64,000 nucleotides of DNA from Eledone cirrhosa (GCA_964016885.1 OZ024742.1:16864001-16928000); one strand, 5' to 3'. Shown: positions 40,817 to 55,235, counted from the stretch's first letter. Notes: a model not told the origin generated them from the letters alone. A program made the numbers and translations.

Positions 40817-41030
40817 GCGCGGTTGATTGCCAGTATCGGCAGACACCATGCTTCGTGGCATAGAGTTACGACCATTTACGTTCTGAGTTCAAATCCTGTT
40901 GAGGTTAGCTTTGCCTTTCATCTTTACGGGGTCGATAAAATAAAGGAGCAGTCACGCACTGCGGTCAATTTAATTGACTTTCCCCTCCCTCCAAAAATTG
41001 CTTACCTTGTGCCTAAATCAGAAGCCATTA
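40817..41030 (+). mobile_element. SINE family A, older and longer variant
   Basis: Head and body plus GGTCAATTTAATTGACTTTCCC segment, also seen at about 67-130. Confidence 0.7.
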
Positions 41031-41184
41031 ACTACTAACAAGCAAATATTCCAAACATTAAATTCTATGACGCTCACGTGGCAATAAAATATATATTTTA
41101 AGTTAAAACAAATACTGACATTTCCAACGAAAGTGGACAGCTGATTAGCATATATGAAATTTTGTTTTGTATTAATAACAAAAT

Positions 41185-41305
41185 AATTGTTTCTCCGTTA
41201 GGCACAAGGCCAGCAATTACCCAGTGCATTACTGGTACTTTATTTTATCGACCCCGTAAGGATGAAAGGCAAAGTTAACCTCGGCGGGATTTGAACTCAG
41301 AATGG
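41185..41305 (-). mobile_element. SINE family A copy
   Basis: Reverse complement of the body. Confidence 0.8.
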
Positions 41306-41788
41306 CAAGTATTAATAAGAAAATAATGAAAGGTAAAGTTGAATTTGAATTATAATATAATGGATTGAAGTTTCACAGAGACTAAGTAGTCGATGAACTT
41401 TCGTTTGCCCTGCTAGAATTTGTTATCAAATTTCTTTCAAGTTCCATTCTAGTTCTTTTTTTTAATGAATGGATATAGTAAAACATTTAGTTTGGAATAT
41501 AATATCAGAAATTTAAATAGGATTGACAAGGCGTAAATGTCATGTAACGATGAAAAATGGACACAAAAAGGAGAAAAGAAACACGTGGCCAACACTAATC
41601 ATTGAAAATAAAATAAACGAATAGTATCTTAATCATACGAAAATTGTTTTCCAATGTATTTCTCACACAGATGCAATCAAGCAACATTTCATATCAAAAC
41701 TTCGCATAGTTACAATACATTTCATAGAAGAAAACGGTAACAGGAACGACTACAAGAAAATCATAAAGTACCGCTATTATTCCTCTTC

Positions 41789-42011
41789 TTAACCCTTTAG
41801 CATTTACATTATTCTATATTAACTATTGTATTTCACGGTAAACACTTTATTTCACATAATTATATCCCACAATATCAAATCTACGAGATTTTTATATTTA
41901 TTTTAAGAACAATACCTTAACATATGTATTAGCAGCTGGTTATGGCCAGTTTGAACAAAAAGAGGTGAGAAATATGGCCGGATATGGTCGGTTTAAATGC
42001 TAAAGGGTATA
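41789..42011 (-). mobile_element. piggyBac-type MITE
   Basis: TTAA-CCCTTTAGCATTTA ... TAAATGCTAAAGGG; inverted relative to the 37279 copy. Confidence 0.75.
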
Positions 42012-42521
42012 AGTCTACAGCCACACACTAAATACATTTAAAATTTCTTATTACTTTAGACACAAAACTAAATCTTTGAAGCATAATAGAAATAATCTTT
42101 AGATATTACCTTATGACACAGATGAATTAATACATATTTATGGGACTAAAATATAATACGTTAGCATCGTAAACGATATTCATGTAGAAATGGCCCAGGA
42201 AACATTTATGCAACCACATTATAGATCTCATTAAACTCCTAATAACACTTTCTTGTATGAATTAAGTAAAATATGGGTGGATGCCTCATTAAATCATAAA
42301 ATCGTGTATCCAGCCCTGGGATCCCTGGTTCGGGTGATTACGTTTGAGAATTACATTAAAGGTATCCATGAAAATTTTCACACACATATTCCCTACTCTT
42401 CTCTACCTCACCCTTCCACTCTCTCCTTCTTGCTTTCGCTCTCATTCTCTCACCTTTATCTTCATCCTCTTTTATTCATTACTCTTTCTTTCATCTCTTA
42501 CATTCAGCTGGTAGCAGATAT

Positions 42522-42721
42522 NNNNNNNNNNNNNNNNNNNNNNNNNNNNNNNNNNNNNNNNNNNNNNNNNNNNNNNNNNNNNNNNNNNNNNNNNNNNNNN
42601 NNNNNNNNNNNNNNNNNNNNNNNNNNNNNNNNNNNNNNNNNNNNNNNNNNNNNNNNNNNNNNNNNNNNNNNNNNNNNNNNNNNNNNNNNNNNNNNNNNNN
42701 NNNNNNNNNNNNNNNNNNNNN
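42522..42721. other. Assembly gap (200 N)
   Basis: Run of n. Confidence 1.
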
Positions 42722-45700
42722 GAATAATGCCAGACAATATGTAACTTTTGGGAAGAACAGATCATTCTCCATAAACTCTCCCCCAGATTTGCGAAGAGAA
42801 GCTGCATTGAAAACTATGATTTTCAGGACAGTCTCAAACAAAACCCGAAAACCGACTCAACTTTCACAAGGCGAAAGTGAGTTGGCTTTGAAAAACGCCT
42901 TAAAAGACATTGCTTTCATTCAGAAGCGTAGACTCTACGGGTGTTTATCCATTCTAATGAAATACCAATTGACGGCACATAAATATTCTGTATCACCAAT
43001 TGTGTCACCGCTGTTCACCCTTTTCCCCACTTACATGGGGAAAAGAACACAGAAAATAAAAATCCAAAGTATCACACCAAATATTGATATTTGGTGGGTA
43101 CTATCTGTATCTTTAAACAGCGACCTGTTCAACGGAACTAGCCTGGAAATTCTGGTCCAAATGACACCAGAACGAATAGCTAGGATCCCGGAACGTGTGC
43201 TGCTGGATGGGCTGGCTTATATATATAAATATTTCGGTCGAGGGTAGGCTGCTCTCATGTTACCACAGCTTAAGCAGGGGGCACCTGAGAGTTTACTGTC
43301 CTCGGCTAACTAGCCAAAAAAAGGCACTACTGCCAACACCAACATAACAACAACAACAACAACAACAAATTAGTGACAACAAAACAAACAACAAACACAG
43401 TCCCACCCAACACCTCCCCACCTAAAACAACTCCAGAAACACCCACACACATAACAGCTCCCCAAAATGTACCCCTCCCCCAACAACACGGATGAGCCTC
43501 ATCATCGTCACCCAGTGACGATGAGGGAGAGCCTTTCCGACCAGTAAAAAGAAAAAAGAAAAGACATAACACAAACAAAAATGCAACAAACACACAAACA
43601 CCAACACAAGCGACGCAAACACCACAAACAAAAACACCCCCTCCTGAAAACAAAACACCTACTACAAAACGTAAACATACACAAGAACCACAGACAAAAA
43701 GCAACACAACACAACAAAAATGTTACACCTACATAAATACTAACAATAAAACTTTAACAGACACCATATATAAAAAACCTTCGGTGGAGACCGAAGGGAA
43801 AACTTTTACACACTCTGTGGAGAATCCTAATCTTAAAATGTTTAGGATCTCAATGGACACACATAAACAGTTAAAGGAAAAATTTCCTAACGTCGTAGGT
43901 AACCCCAGCATCAAACCTACAATCGAGTCCTGTTAAAATGCTATCCGACCACAACCCCAGACACCCCAACCCCACCAGACACCCCCTCCCCACCAAACAT
44001 CTCCATCCTCACCCCGCCAGAAACCACCACCCCACCAAACAACCCCTCGAACACCCCCATGGAAATTGTGCAGCCTGGTCCCCAGGAGACGAAGAGGTGA
44101 GTGATTTCTTTTCCTCTTCTTTTAACTTTTCAGCACCAACATGGCCAATATAAGAGTTGGATGTGTGAATGTACGCGGCCTGGGGATGCCCTAGAAACAG
44201 GGAAAACTCTTAAATGACCTCAGGTCGCACAGTATGGATGTAGTAGCCATTTGCGAGTCCAGGATCCACAGCGAGCGATAACTGGCCCCCATCTTCGACG
44301 ACTTTGAGATCTACGCACCTCTCTGTCAGCCGGGAGGTGGGGGTGGGGTTGCCGTTTTGCTGCGGAAACACCTGGACCTCGTAACACAGATGGTACATCT
44401 GGACCCAGAGGGTCGACATGTGGTCCTAGACGTTGACGGCAGTGAAGGTAGAGCTTCAGGCTGGTGGCCGCATATTCCCCATCCGGGACACCGCGGCCAG
44501 ACTTCTTCAAACGTCTAGAGACTTTTCTGCTATTAGTGGGGGACTGGAATGGAATTCTAGATGCACGTTGGGACTATGTGGGAGCAAGTCCCGATAGAGG
44601 GGGGGGGGCTGTAACAGCCTCAAACAGTTAATCGGCCGATTTCAACTGGCCGATAGATATCGACTAGATTTTCCAACTGTGCCACTGTGGACGTGGACCA
44701 ACCATAGCGGAACATCTAGATTTTACCTAGATAGATTTCTAGTTAGAGTTAGTGATAAGGATATGTTAAGCATCCACAAATGTTCATGGTTGCCTATTCA
44801 GATCACAAACTAGTAACCTGCTTAGCCAACCTTGATAGAATCCATACAGCCTACAGAAAACGGATTAGCACTTTAGTTAAGCAGCACCTTACGGGGGCCA
44901 TTGTCAATAACAGATGGTGGTACACTGTCAAGAGGGCAGTTAGATTAGACTCGGTAGGTTTTAGTAAAGAATTAGTGTTAGATAGACATAAGACGAAAAG
45001 GAACTGGTAGATAAAGTAGAAGAGGCACTTAGGAGTGGCAACGTAGCCAGCGTGCTAGCGACGAGAACGGCCTTGGACCAGTTCTTCGACGCAAAGAACG
45101 AAGGCTGCGTTGTCAGGAGCAAAATACGTGCTCTGGGAAACGAGGGAACCAAAGCTATTAGCTGGGCCCGAGTGACGGAGGCGAAAAGTGGCAACAAGTC
45201 CACGATTCTGTCTTTGAAGGACCAAGACGGACGCGTGATACGTGAGCCGAAGCAGATGTGCGCGGCCTTTCAGCGGCACTTTGCTCAACTGTGCGGGCAG
45301 GGCGGCACGCCGGGAGGGGCTATGTATTTCAGGCCATACCTCGACGGCCTGCCGCAACTCTCGGACGGCGAGTCGAAGTTCTGCAAAAGGCCAATTTCGG
45401 CCGCTGAGATAGGGGACGCGCTGAGCCAATGCGGCAAACGCAAATCTCCAGGTCTCGACGGTCTACACTACGAATTTTACGTAGCAATGCCGGACTTGTT
45501 CTCCGATCTCCTGGAAGCGGTCTACTGCAACTGGCAGCAGAACGGAAGAATTCCCAGTTCTGTGACCAAGGCGTAATCACGTTAGTCAGGAAGGACGAGA
45601 ATAAGGGAGATGACATAGGCAACTTCCGGCCCATAACTTGCTAAACACAGAGTTACAGATTCTGGCCAAGGTATTGGCAAAGAGGCTGGCGCTTGTCGAA

Positions 45701-47669
45701 AACCTGGTGGGAGAAGCGTAGACATGCGCAATCCCAACCAGGTCCATATACGACAACCTCCACCTCATGCGATACATCATAGAGAGGGTGGGGTATAAAC
45801 CCGGCTTCGGTGGGGCCCTGATCAACTTGGATCAGTCTAAGGCTTTCGATAGGGTTGACCATCGTTACCTGGATGCGGGGCTCGCGGCGGCAGGCTTCGG
45901 ACCGGGTTCAGGGGCTGGATAGCTGCAATGCACAGCAACAACATCTGCTGAAGGGTCAAGGTGAACGGCTACCTCTCGGAGCCGTTCCATATCACGCGAT
46001 CCATCCAACAGGGATGCCTTCTCTTCCCCCTTCTGAACGTACTGACTCTTGAGCCACTACTGCGGAAGTTGGAGCTATTGCAGGGCATTCCTTTGGAACC
46101 GGGACTGCGAAAAGTGGCGTCGGTCTACGCTGACGACTTGACAGTAATGGTGTCGATCACCTCGCAAATCGGGGAGGTCGGCACCTTACTGAAGGAATAC
46201 GAAAGGTTCACAGGAGCGAAGCTGAACCGGGACAAATCCGACGGTTTGCAACTCGGAACGTGGATAGGCAAACCGATGCCATCCGATGGCGTCGTCGGAC
46301 GCGGGACGGAAGGACCGGTAAAGCTGCTCGGGTTCTGGTTTGGACCGCCAGGTGGAGAAGAACGAGGTGACGGCCCAGGAGTTTGCGCTCACTCAGAAGT
46401 GGGCCGAGTGCAAACTATCCTTGAAATGGCGAGCGGAGGTGGCGAAAACTTTTATAGCGTCCGTCATCTACTACCGTTTGACCGGAATGCCTTGTCCAGG
46501 AAAAACGCTCACCAAATAGAGCGCGCGCTCTTCCAATTCCTTTGGAAGAAACGGGCTCCTTTGGTGAGAAGATCCATCTGTTGCCAACACCCTTCAAAAC
46601 GGAGGTCTGGGGATGCCGTGGCTGGCGATGCGCAAACACGCGCTCAGGTTGCGGCACCTCCACGTATTCCTCACAGGACAACCGGTGTGGGCCCCGGTCG
46701 CGTGGCGAGCCTTCCCACGCCTCGTCTCACTGACCCAGCTGCAGTCCTGTGTCAAGCAAAGACCGAGAAAAATGGGCGACTGGCACATAGAATGTGCTCA
46801 GGCGCTCACAGTCCTCTGGCAAACCGACCCGGCGATCAGTGGAGACTCCATTTCGACATTCTATAGAGAGTTGGTCCGCAGCAAGTGCGACAACGCGCTC
46901 GGAGAAACTCTAGGCGTAGAGGTGGACGAACTGGCCAGTCTGTTCGGTAGGACCTTCCGCCCGGGACCAATGGATAACTTCCAAATGTCCCTGGCCTGGC
47001 AGTGCTACCGAGAAGCTCTACCAGTTCGAGACAAGCTCTACAGATACGGGTCCCCGGGCACGCATTTGTGCACTGTCTGGGCGTTACCGACCCGTGGGGC
47101 TATGTAGAACGACTATTGTCGCGGGTGGGATCAATCCAGTTGACCACCGAGTCCATTGTCATGATCAAACCGCTACCCTCCTTCAAAAACGAGGGAGAGG
47201 CGGTTTTCCTATGTGTTATAGCTAAGGTGAAAGAGGTTATATGGTGGACGAGGTTAAAAGGGTTGAGGTCAGACATCTTTCTCTCCGGCGAACAACTGAT
47301 TCGTTTTTTCAAATATCATTTTGGAAGAAGCATCAGGATGAAGAGGTGCTGTACCCCAGCAAATTTTATAAAAGGTGGGTGAATGTGGCAAAGATGGCTC
47401 GAGTGGTTGGGCCTTCTCTCTATATAAGCCTGTAGATTGAGGAAAAAGAGGAAGAGAGGAAGGGAGTACTCACTCTTGGTGCTCCTGGAGATGAGTGTTG
47501 TACATTTTTTCGGGGTGTGTACAACCCCTGTGTAACGCCTCCCCCCTGTAAGGGATTCCAATTGTTATTTGTTACTTTATTAATAGTTTTATTTTCATAT
47601 ACCTGTATGTAAACTCCCCATTTTGTATTTGTCCTCTTCTGTTGAGCCCTTGTAGCTAATAAAGAAATG
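42722..47669 (+). mobile_element. Tx1/L1-clade non-LTR retrotransposon copy A (most decayed; 5' end in the gap)
   Basis: ORF1 remnant homologous to B and C; ORF2 from ATG 44141 (APE: GDWNG, YLDRF, SDH; RT: KSPGLDG, DQSKAFDRV, YADD) with many stops and indels; ends AATAAAGAAA. Confidence 0.92.
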
Positions 47670-47713
47670 TATCTATCTATCTATCTATCTATCAACCTAT
47701 CTATCTATCTATA
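47670..47713 (+). repeat. (TATC)n spacer between copies A and B
   Basis: Direct reading. Confidence 0.95.
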
Positions 47714-50700
47714 TTTGGATGGACACACTCATAAAACTTGCTGGGTAAGTTCTGCCTAAATTTCCATAGAAATTCCAAACTGTAAACTTTGATTTTTGTA
47801 CCATTTTGTAGAGGGACTGCCAGGTCAAATTTTGATCTGGTCAGTCTTTCAAATTATTCTACGCCATTAGATGAAATTGTGTTTTAAAAAAAAAATTTCA
47901 TCTTTCGAAAAATTTCCTACTTTGATAAAAATGGCTGAAGCATCTTCACCAACATTCAAAGAAATAAAAGCTAAACTCACAGCTTCCCCCTGCCACTGTC
48001 ACAGAAGCAGATGACAGACCTGCTAACCAACAACTTGATGTAGCCACAACTACACAAGAAACCGAAAACAACAACAACAACAACGACAACAACAGCAACA
48101 ATGAAGACAACAAAAACAACAACACCAACAACAATGATAACAACGACACCACCAACTAAAACAGCAAGGAAAACCCTCGACTATCTGCCAGTAGATATAA
48201 GCAAAGCGAAAGAGCTACTGGCAGATGCCAAAAAATACATAGTGTTCGGGGAAAATGGATCATGTTCGAATCCCCCCCCCCCGAACTAAAAAGTCAGAGA
48301 CTCCTAAACACAGTAATGTTTAGGACAGTGTTAAATAAAACGAAAAGACCAGCTCAACCACCACAGAGCGAGATAGAGACGGTCTTAAAAGATGTAATGA
48401 AAGACATTCTGTTCATACAAAAGGATAGACTCCCATAGAGTCTATCCATTCTCATGAAGGACCAGGACATGGCAAAAAAACTTTCGGTAAAACCTATTAC
48501 ATCCACCGTATACACCTTCTACCCTACGTACATGGGTAGAAGGACGCAGAAAATAAAAATACATACCATTCTTCCAATTATGGACATATGGTGGGTGTTA
48601 ACAGGTTTTCTTGACCTGAACGATGACATATTAATATCCATGGGAAAGACATCGGGTGACGCGTTCAGTGGAACGGGCCTCGAACTTTTAGTTCAAATGA
48701 GGCCCGAAAGGATCGCCCAGATCCCTGAACGCGTCATACTGGATGACCAAACTTTTATCAACATTACCGTCGAGGGTAGGCGGCCCTTGTGTTACCTCTG
48801 TGAAGCCAGAGGTCACCTGAGGGATGTCTGTCCTCAACTTAAAAAGAAAACCCCAATCCTGCCTACACCACCAACAACTGCACAACCAATACAACCACCA
48901 CAACCACCACTACAAAAACAACTTCACAAGTTCAAACCAAAACAAAACACTGTCCAACCCATCCCCCCCACTCAAAACAAAATAATTTCCGAAGCACCTG
49001 CACCGCAAACACAACCCGAAAATCTACCCTCCCTTCCAACGCGGAAGATGACCCTCGTTCGTCTTCAGACGAGGAGGAGCACTTCCACACAATCAAAAGA
49101 AAAAAAAAGAAAACACACCTCAGACACACAAATGAAAACAACCCCTCCCCAAAACATAACACAGACACCAACACAAAAGAGCACACAACAACAGCAAACA
49201 AAAAAACACCACACAAAAACAAAAACATGCATACACATACATAAACACAAGAAATAAAAAACTGTTAAACATTGTATACAACAACAATTTAGTAAAAACC
49301 CAAGGGCCTAACTTCCCCCAGACAGGGGATTTCCCCCACCTCAAAATGATTAAGGCCCCAGAGGACACATATAAAACACTAAAAAACAACTTTAAAGAGG
49401 ACGTGGACCCCCCCCCCCCCCTGCGTCGGGCCCATTAACCACGTCCTCCTTAAAAATTTCCCCTCTCCCTCCCCAAACACCCACACAACTCCAAACACAC
49501 CAACCACACAACACACTGATGCCCCTACACTTCCACAACCCATCCCCCACCCTCATAGAAATTGTGCAGCCCGATACCCGGGACGCAGAGAGGTAAGTGC
49601 CTTTTTTCTTCACCACCAACATGGCTATGCTAAGAGTAGGCTGTCTAAATGCGCGTGGCCTGGGCTCAACATGGAAGCAAGCAATGCTTCTAAATGACCT
49701 CAGGTCACAACATATAGATGTGATGGTTATTTGCGAGGTTCGGATCAGCAGTGTGCGGCAGCTGGCCCCCACCTTTGATGACTTTGAGATGCACGCATCT
49801 CTCTGTCAGCCCGGAGGTAGGGGTGGGGTTGTCGTTCTGCTGCAAAAATATCTGGGTCTCGCAACACAGACGGTACATTTGGACCCGAAGGGTGGACTAG
49901 TGGTTCTGGACCTTGGCAGTGGTGAAGGCGGGGCGTTTAGGCTGGTAGCCGTCTACGGCCCTTTCGGGTCAACGCGGCGGGACTTCTTCCATCGTCTGGA
50001 GACTTTTCTAGGGACGTCCCGCTCCTTGCTATTAGTGGGAGACTGGAATGGTATCCTAGATGCACGTTGGGACTACGTAGGGGCCTGTCCCGATAGAGAG
50101 GGGTGTAACAACCTCAAAGGGTTAATCGGTCGATTTGACCTGGCCGATAGATATCGACTAGATTTTCCGATTGCGCCAACCTGGACTTGGGCAAAGCGTA
50201 GCGGATCATCTAGGTCGTACCTAGATAGGTTCTTAGTTAGAAATAAGGATAAGGACTTTTTAAGTTGTCCAAACATGCTCATGGTTGGCTATTCAGACCA
50301 AAAGTTAGTGACCTGCATGGTCAACCTTGACAGAACGCATAGACAGGGACCCGGTTACTGGAAGCTCAACTTGTCCTTACCGGCAAGTAAGGCTTACAGG
50401 GACCGGATTAGCACTTTAGTTAAGGAGCGGTTGACGGGCGCCATCGTCAACAGCAGGTGGTGGGGATCTCTCAAAAGAGAGATTAGAGTAGTCTCTATAT
50501 AATTTAGTAAGGAGTTAGCCTCAAATAGAAATAGGAAGGAAAGGGAGTTGGTAGATAGTGTAGAAGAGGCAATTAGAAGCGGCAACGTGGCCAGAGTGCT
50601 AGCGTCGAGAACGGCCGTGGGCCAGTTCTTCGACGCGAAACACGAAGGCTGCATCGTCCGAAGCAAAATACGTGCTCTGGGAAACGGGGGAACCAAAGCT

Positions 50701-53123
50701 GTTAGCTGGGCCCGCGTGACAGAAGACGAAAGAGGGAGTAGATCTACTATCCCGTCTTTTCGAGACAAGGATGGACGGGTGATCCTTGAACCTAAGCAGA
50801 TGTGCGAGGCTTTTCAAAAGCACTTTGCCAGATTGTTCGGAAGGGGCGGAGAGCCGGTTGGGGAAGTGGACTTCGGTCCATACCTCGACGGCATGCCGCG
50901 TCTCTCGGACAGGGAGGCGAAGTCCTGCGAGGAGTCGATTTCAGCCCTTGAGATAGAGGACGTGCTGAGCCAATGCGGCAAACGCAAATCCCCGGGTCTC
51001 GATGGTCTTCCATACGAACAATAACTAGCTATGCCGGACTTGTTCCCCGATCTCCTCGAGGCGGTCTACTGCAACTGGCAACAGAACGGGAGAATTCCCT
51101 GTGCCGTGACCAAGGGCGTAGTCACGCTAGTGAGGAAGGACGAGAACAAGGGGGACGATATAAATAATTTTAGGCCCATAACTCTGCTAAATACAGAGTT
51201 ACAGATTTTGGCCAAGGTGCTAGCAAAGAGGTTGGCGCTTGTCGTGGGCAACCTGGTGGGAGATGCGCAGACATGTGCTATCCCGTCCAGTTCCATCCAC
51301 GACAATCTCCACCTCATGCAATACATCATAGAGAGGGTTGGGAACGAACCCGGCTTTGGTGGGGCCCTGGTCAACTTGGATCAATCTAAGGCGTTCGATA
51401 GGGTCGACCATGGTTACCTGGATGCGGTGCTATCGGCGGCTGGCTTCGGACCAGTTTTCAGGGGTTGGATCAATGCCATGCACAGCAGCTGCATCTGCTC
51501 GAGGGTCAAGGTGAACGGCTACCTCTCGGAGCCGTTCGAAATCGCGCGGTCCATCCGACAAGGGTGCCATCTCTCCTCCCTTCTGTATGTAGTGACTCTA
51601 GAGCCACTACTGCGAAGCTGGAGTTGTGGTAGCGCATCCCGTTGGAACTGGGATTGCGGAAAGCGGTGTCGGCCTACGCCGATGACGTAACAGTAATGGT
51701 GTCGACGGCCTCGGAATCGGGGCGATCGGCACCTTACTGGAGGAGTACGAAAGGTTTACAGGAACTAAGCTGAACCAGGACAATTCGATCGGTCTGAAAC
51801 TCAGCACGTGGAGGGGCAAATCGATGCCATCCGATGGCGTCGTCGGGCGTTGGACGGAGGGCCCAGTGAAGTTGCTCGGGGTCTGGTTCGGACCAGACCT
51901 CCAGGTGGAGAAGAACTGGGAGGAGTTAACCAACAGGGTGTTTGCACCCAGAAGTGGGCCGAGTGCAAACTGTCCCTGAAAAGTCGGGCGGATGTGGCGA
52001 ACACTTATATAGCGTCCGTCATCTACTACAGCATGACCGTCGTGCCTTGCCCAAGAGAAACGCTCGCCAAAATGGAGCGCGCACTCTTCCAATTCCTTTG
52101 GAAGAAGCGGGCTCCTATGGTGAGGAGATCCATCTGCTGTCAACACCCTTCGAAAGGAGGGCTGGGGGATGCCGTGGCTGATGATACGTAAACACGCATT
52201 AAGGCTACGGGACATCCAGGTATTCCTCACCGGTCAACCGGTGTGGGCCCCGTTTGTGAGGCGAGCCTTTCCCAGACTCGTCTCGCTCACCGAGCTGCAA
52301 TCCTGGGTCAAGCAAAGACCGAGAAAGCTGGGCGCCTCGCACACCGAGTGTGCCCAGGCGCTCACGGCTCTCTGGCAGGCGGACCCGGCTGTCAGTGGAG
52401 ATTCCACCTCGTCATTCTATAGAGGGCTGGTAGTTAGCAGGTGCGACCACGCCCTCGGAGAAGCCCTAGTCATGGAGGAAAACGAACTGGCCAACCTGTT
52501 CGGTAGGACATTCAGCCTGGGATCTATGAACAACTTCCAAAAATCCCTGGCCTGGCAGTGCTACCGGGGAGCTCTACCAGTTCGAGACAAGCTCTACAGA
52601 CATGGGTGCCCGGGCAGGGACCCTTCGAAAAAGATCTATCCGAGATACGTGCGAGACGAAGAAACTGTCGAGCACACATTCATACACTGCCGGGGCGTTA
52701 CCGACCTGTGGGGCTCTGTAGAACGACTATTGTCGCGGGTGGGAACAATCCGGTTGACCACCGGGTCCATTGTCATGTTCAAACCACCACCCTCCTTCAA
52801 AAACGAAGGAGTGGTGGTTTCCCTTTGTGTGATAGCTATGGCGAAAGAGGTTGTATGGTGGACGAGGTTGAAAGGGCTGAGGTCAGACACCTTTCTCTCC
52901 GGCCAACAACTGATTCTTTTTTTCAAATACCACTTTGGAGATGAGGGTTGCACATTTTTTCGGGGGTATGTGTTACCCATATGAAATGTCTCCGCCTATT
53001 GCGGAAAATCGATTAATTTTTCAATTGCATTTGTGATAATATTTTACACGTTTTTATTGTATGTGAACTTCCCCCTTTGTATTTGTCCCCTTCTTTTGTG
53101 CCCCTGTGGCTAATAAAGAAACA
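47714..53123 (+). mobile_element. Tx1/L1-clade retrotransposon copy B (full-length, disrupted)
   Basis: 5' UTR; ORF1 from about 47931 with zinc knuckle CYLCEARGHLRDVC; ORF2 from ATG 49621 (MAMLRVGCLNARGL..) APE-RT-zinc finger with several stops and frameshifts; ends AATAAAGAAA. Confidence 0.93.
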
Positions 53124-53143
53124 TATCTATCTATCTATCTATC
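53124..53143 (+). repeat. (TATC)5 spacer between copies B and C
   Basis: Direct reading. Confidence 0.95.
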
Positions 53144-53345
53144 TTGATAGAGTAAGACACGCTTCACATCGGCTCCGCTATTCCATCAGAATTAACCCTT
53201 ACTATAGTAAGTACCAGATAAATTTTTCAGTGCAACACATTTGGAACACTAACCCCTGTTATTTATGGAAACATTTTTACATTTACCCCCTTTTTAGGGG
53301 GTAAAATAAATATCTATTTTGCTGTAAAATTTCTTTCTTGGCAGC

Positions 53346-55235
53346 ATGGCGGAAAAGATGGCAGACATGTCTGCCATTAGCTCTGCCACGCCCCCCAAGT
53401 CTGAAGGACAAAAAATAAATACAACAAAATTAGACAACGAAACAAACAAGGAAAATGAAAAAACAAATGTTACGGAAAATGAGCAAACGGAAAACAAACA
53501 AACAGAAAATAATAATACAAATAACAACAAGGCAACTTTCGCCCAGAAAACAAAACAGTCCATAACATATACACCAATAGACCTAACTGCCGCCAGAGAA
53601 AAACTGGCCGAAGCAAAGAAACACATTGTTTTGGGGGAGAACGGAATGTTTTCCATTAACTCCCCCCCCCCCCCCAGAATTCAAGAAAGCGAGAACAGAG
53701 AACACAGTTCTCTTCAGAACAATATTAAACCAAACAAGAAAGCCAGCACAGCCCAGCCAAATGGAGATAGAGTTGGTCCTAAAAGACTATATGAAGAATA
53801 TTCTCTTCATACGAAAGGACCGACTCTATGGCAGCATTTCGGTCTTAACAAAAGACAAGGAAACGGCGCAGAAGCTTTCCCTAAGCCACTCTCATCGACA
53901 ACATACAGCTTCTATCCCTCATACATGGGTAGAAGAACACAGAGAGTAAAAATACAAACAATGCTGCCCACAATGAACTTCTGGTGGGCTATTGCTGGCT
54001 TCATAGACATGGGCGAGGAGACAGTGCTGTCAATGGCGAAGGCATCCGGAGATGCGTTCCTGGGAATGGGCCTCGACCTACTAGTCCAAATGAGGCCCGA
54101 AAGAATAGCACAAATCCCGGATCGCATCTGGCTGGATGACCTCACCCCAATAGATATAATTGTAGAGGGGAGAAGACCAGCATGCTATTTATGCACGGAA
54201 AGGGGACACATTAAGGCTAACTGCCCGAAACGTATCCCCCAAAAAGGACTATTGCCCACACCCACCACAAACAGTACACCAACACCACCCACCTCCAAAA
54301 ATACACTAATACCACACACAGCAAACAAAATACAGACACCACCAACCACAAGCACAACACAAACATCACCACCACCAGCACCAAACACAAGCACGACACA
54401 AAAATCACCACCATCAGCACCAAACACAAGCACGACACAAAAATCACCACCACCATCCCCAACCAAAACACAAACATCACCACCACCATTACCAACCACA
54501 AGCACGACACAAACATCACCACCACCACCACAAAACGCATTCCAAACGAATAATGAAAAAAACAGCAACAAATCTACCCCTCCCGCAAAAAAAAAACAAC
54601 CAGACACGACGTCCCTCCCACCTAGCGCTGAAGAGTTTCCCCCAACTTCTGAAGAAGAAGGAGGAGAAGCCTTCAGACAAGTTAAAAGAAAAAAAAAAAG
54701 CACACACCCAGCACACCACAAATAACCCACACACAAACACCAACTCCAATAAAAAACACCCCACCCTCAACAAACAAAAATAAATCTGCGCCTCCCCTCT
54801 CCGAAACATTGAAAGCATCACAAAAAAAGACATTGCAATACACATATATAAATAAAGAAAACAAAAAACTGTTTAAATTAATAAACAATAGCCCTTTGGT
54901 GCAGACCGAAGGGCCAAACTTTATCTCAACAGAGAACTTCACCCATTTAAAAATGATAAAGGTCCCTCTGGACCTTTATCGTTCCTTAAAAGAACAATTT
55001 AGACAGGACGTGAGCCCCCCCCCCCTGTTTAAAACCGTTAAATCGCGTCCTTTTGAAAGATTTCCCCATAACCTCCCCTCTCACTGACACAATTCCAAAC
55101 ACCCCAACCCCACCACACTCGGGTACCCCCACACCACCACAAAACATCCCTCCACCCAACATACCTGACGCCATGGAAATTACACAACCCGGAGAGGGAG
55201 GTGCTTTTCTTTCTTCACTTTCAACACCAAAATAG
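53346..55235 (+). pseudogene. Copy C ORF1 (gag-like: CCHC zinc knuckle, Pro/Thr-rich repeats), frameshifted
   Basis: CYLCTERGHIKANC; homology to A and B shows the true frame shifts at the poly-C run (about 53662-53675), returns at about 53885, and continues past 54725. Confidence 0.8.

Noticed and set aside
53346-54725. 459-aa track ORF as an intact ORF1
   Set aside because: The middle segment is out of frame relative to copies A and B (compensating frameshifts), and homology continues beyond its stop.
54185-54942. Antisense Val/Gly/Cys-rich ORFs over Tx1 ORF1 (also 43327-43717 and 48932-49389)
   Set aside because: Shadow frames of the A/C-rich low-complexity sense strand.
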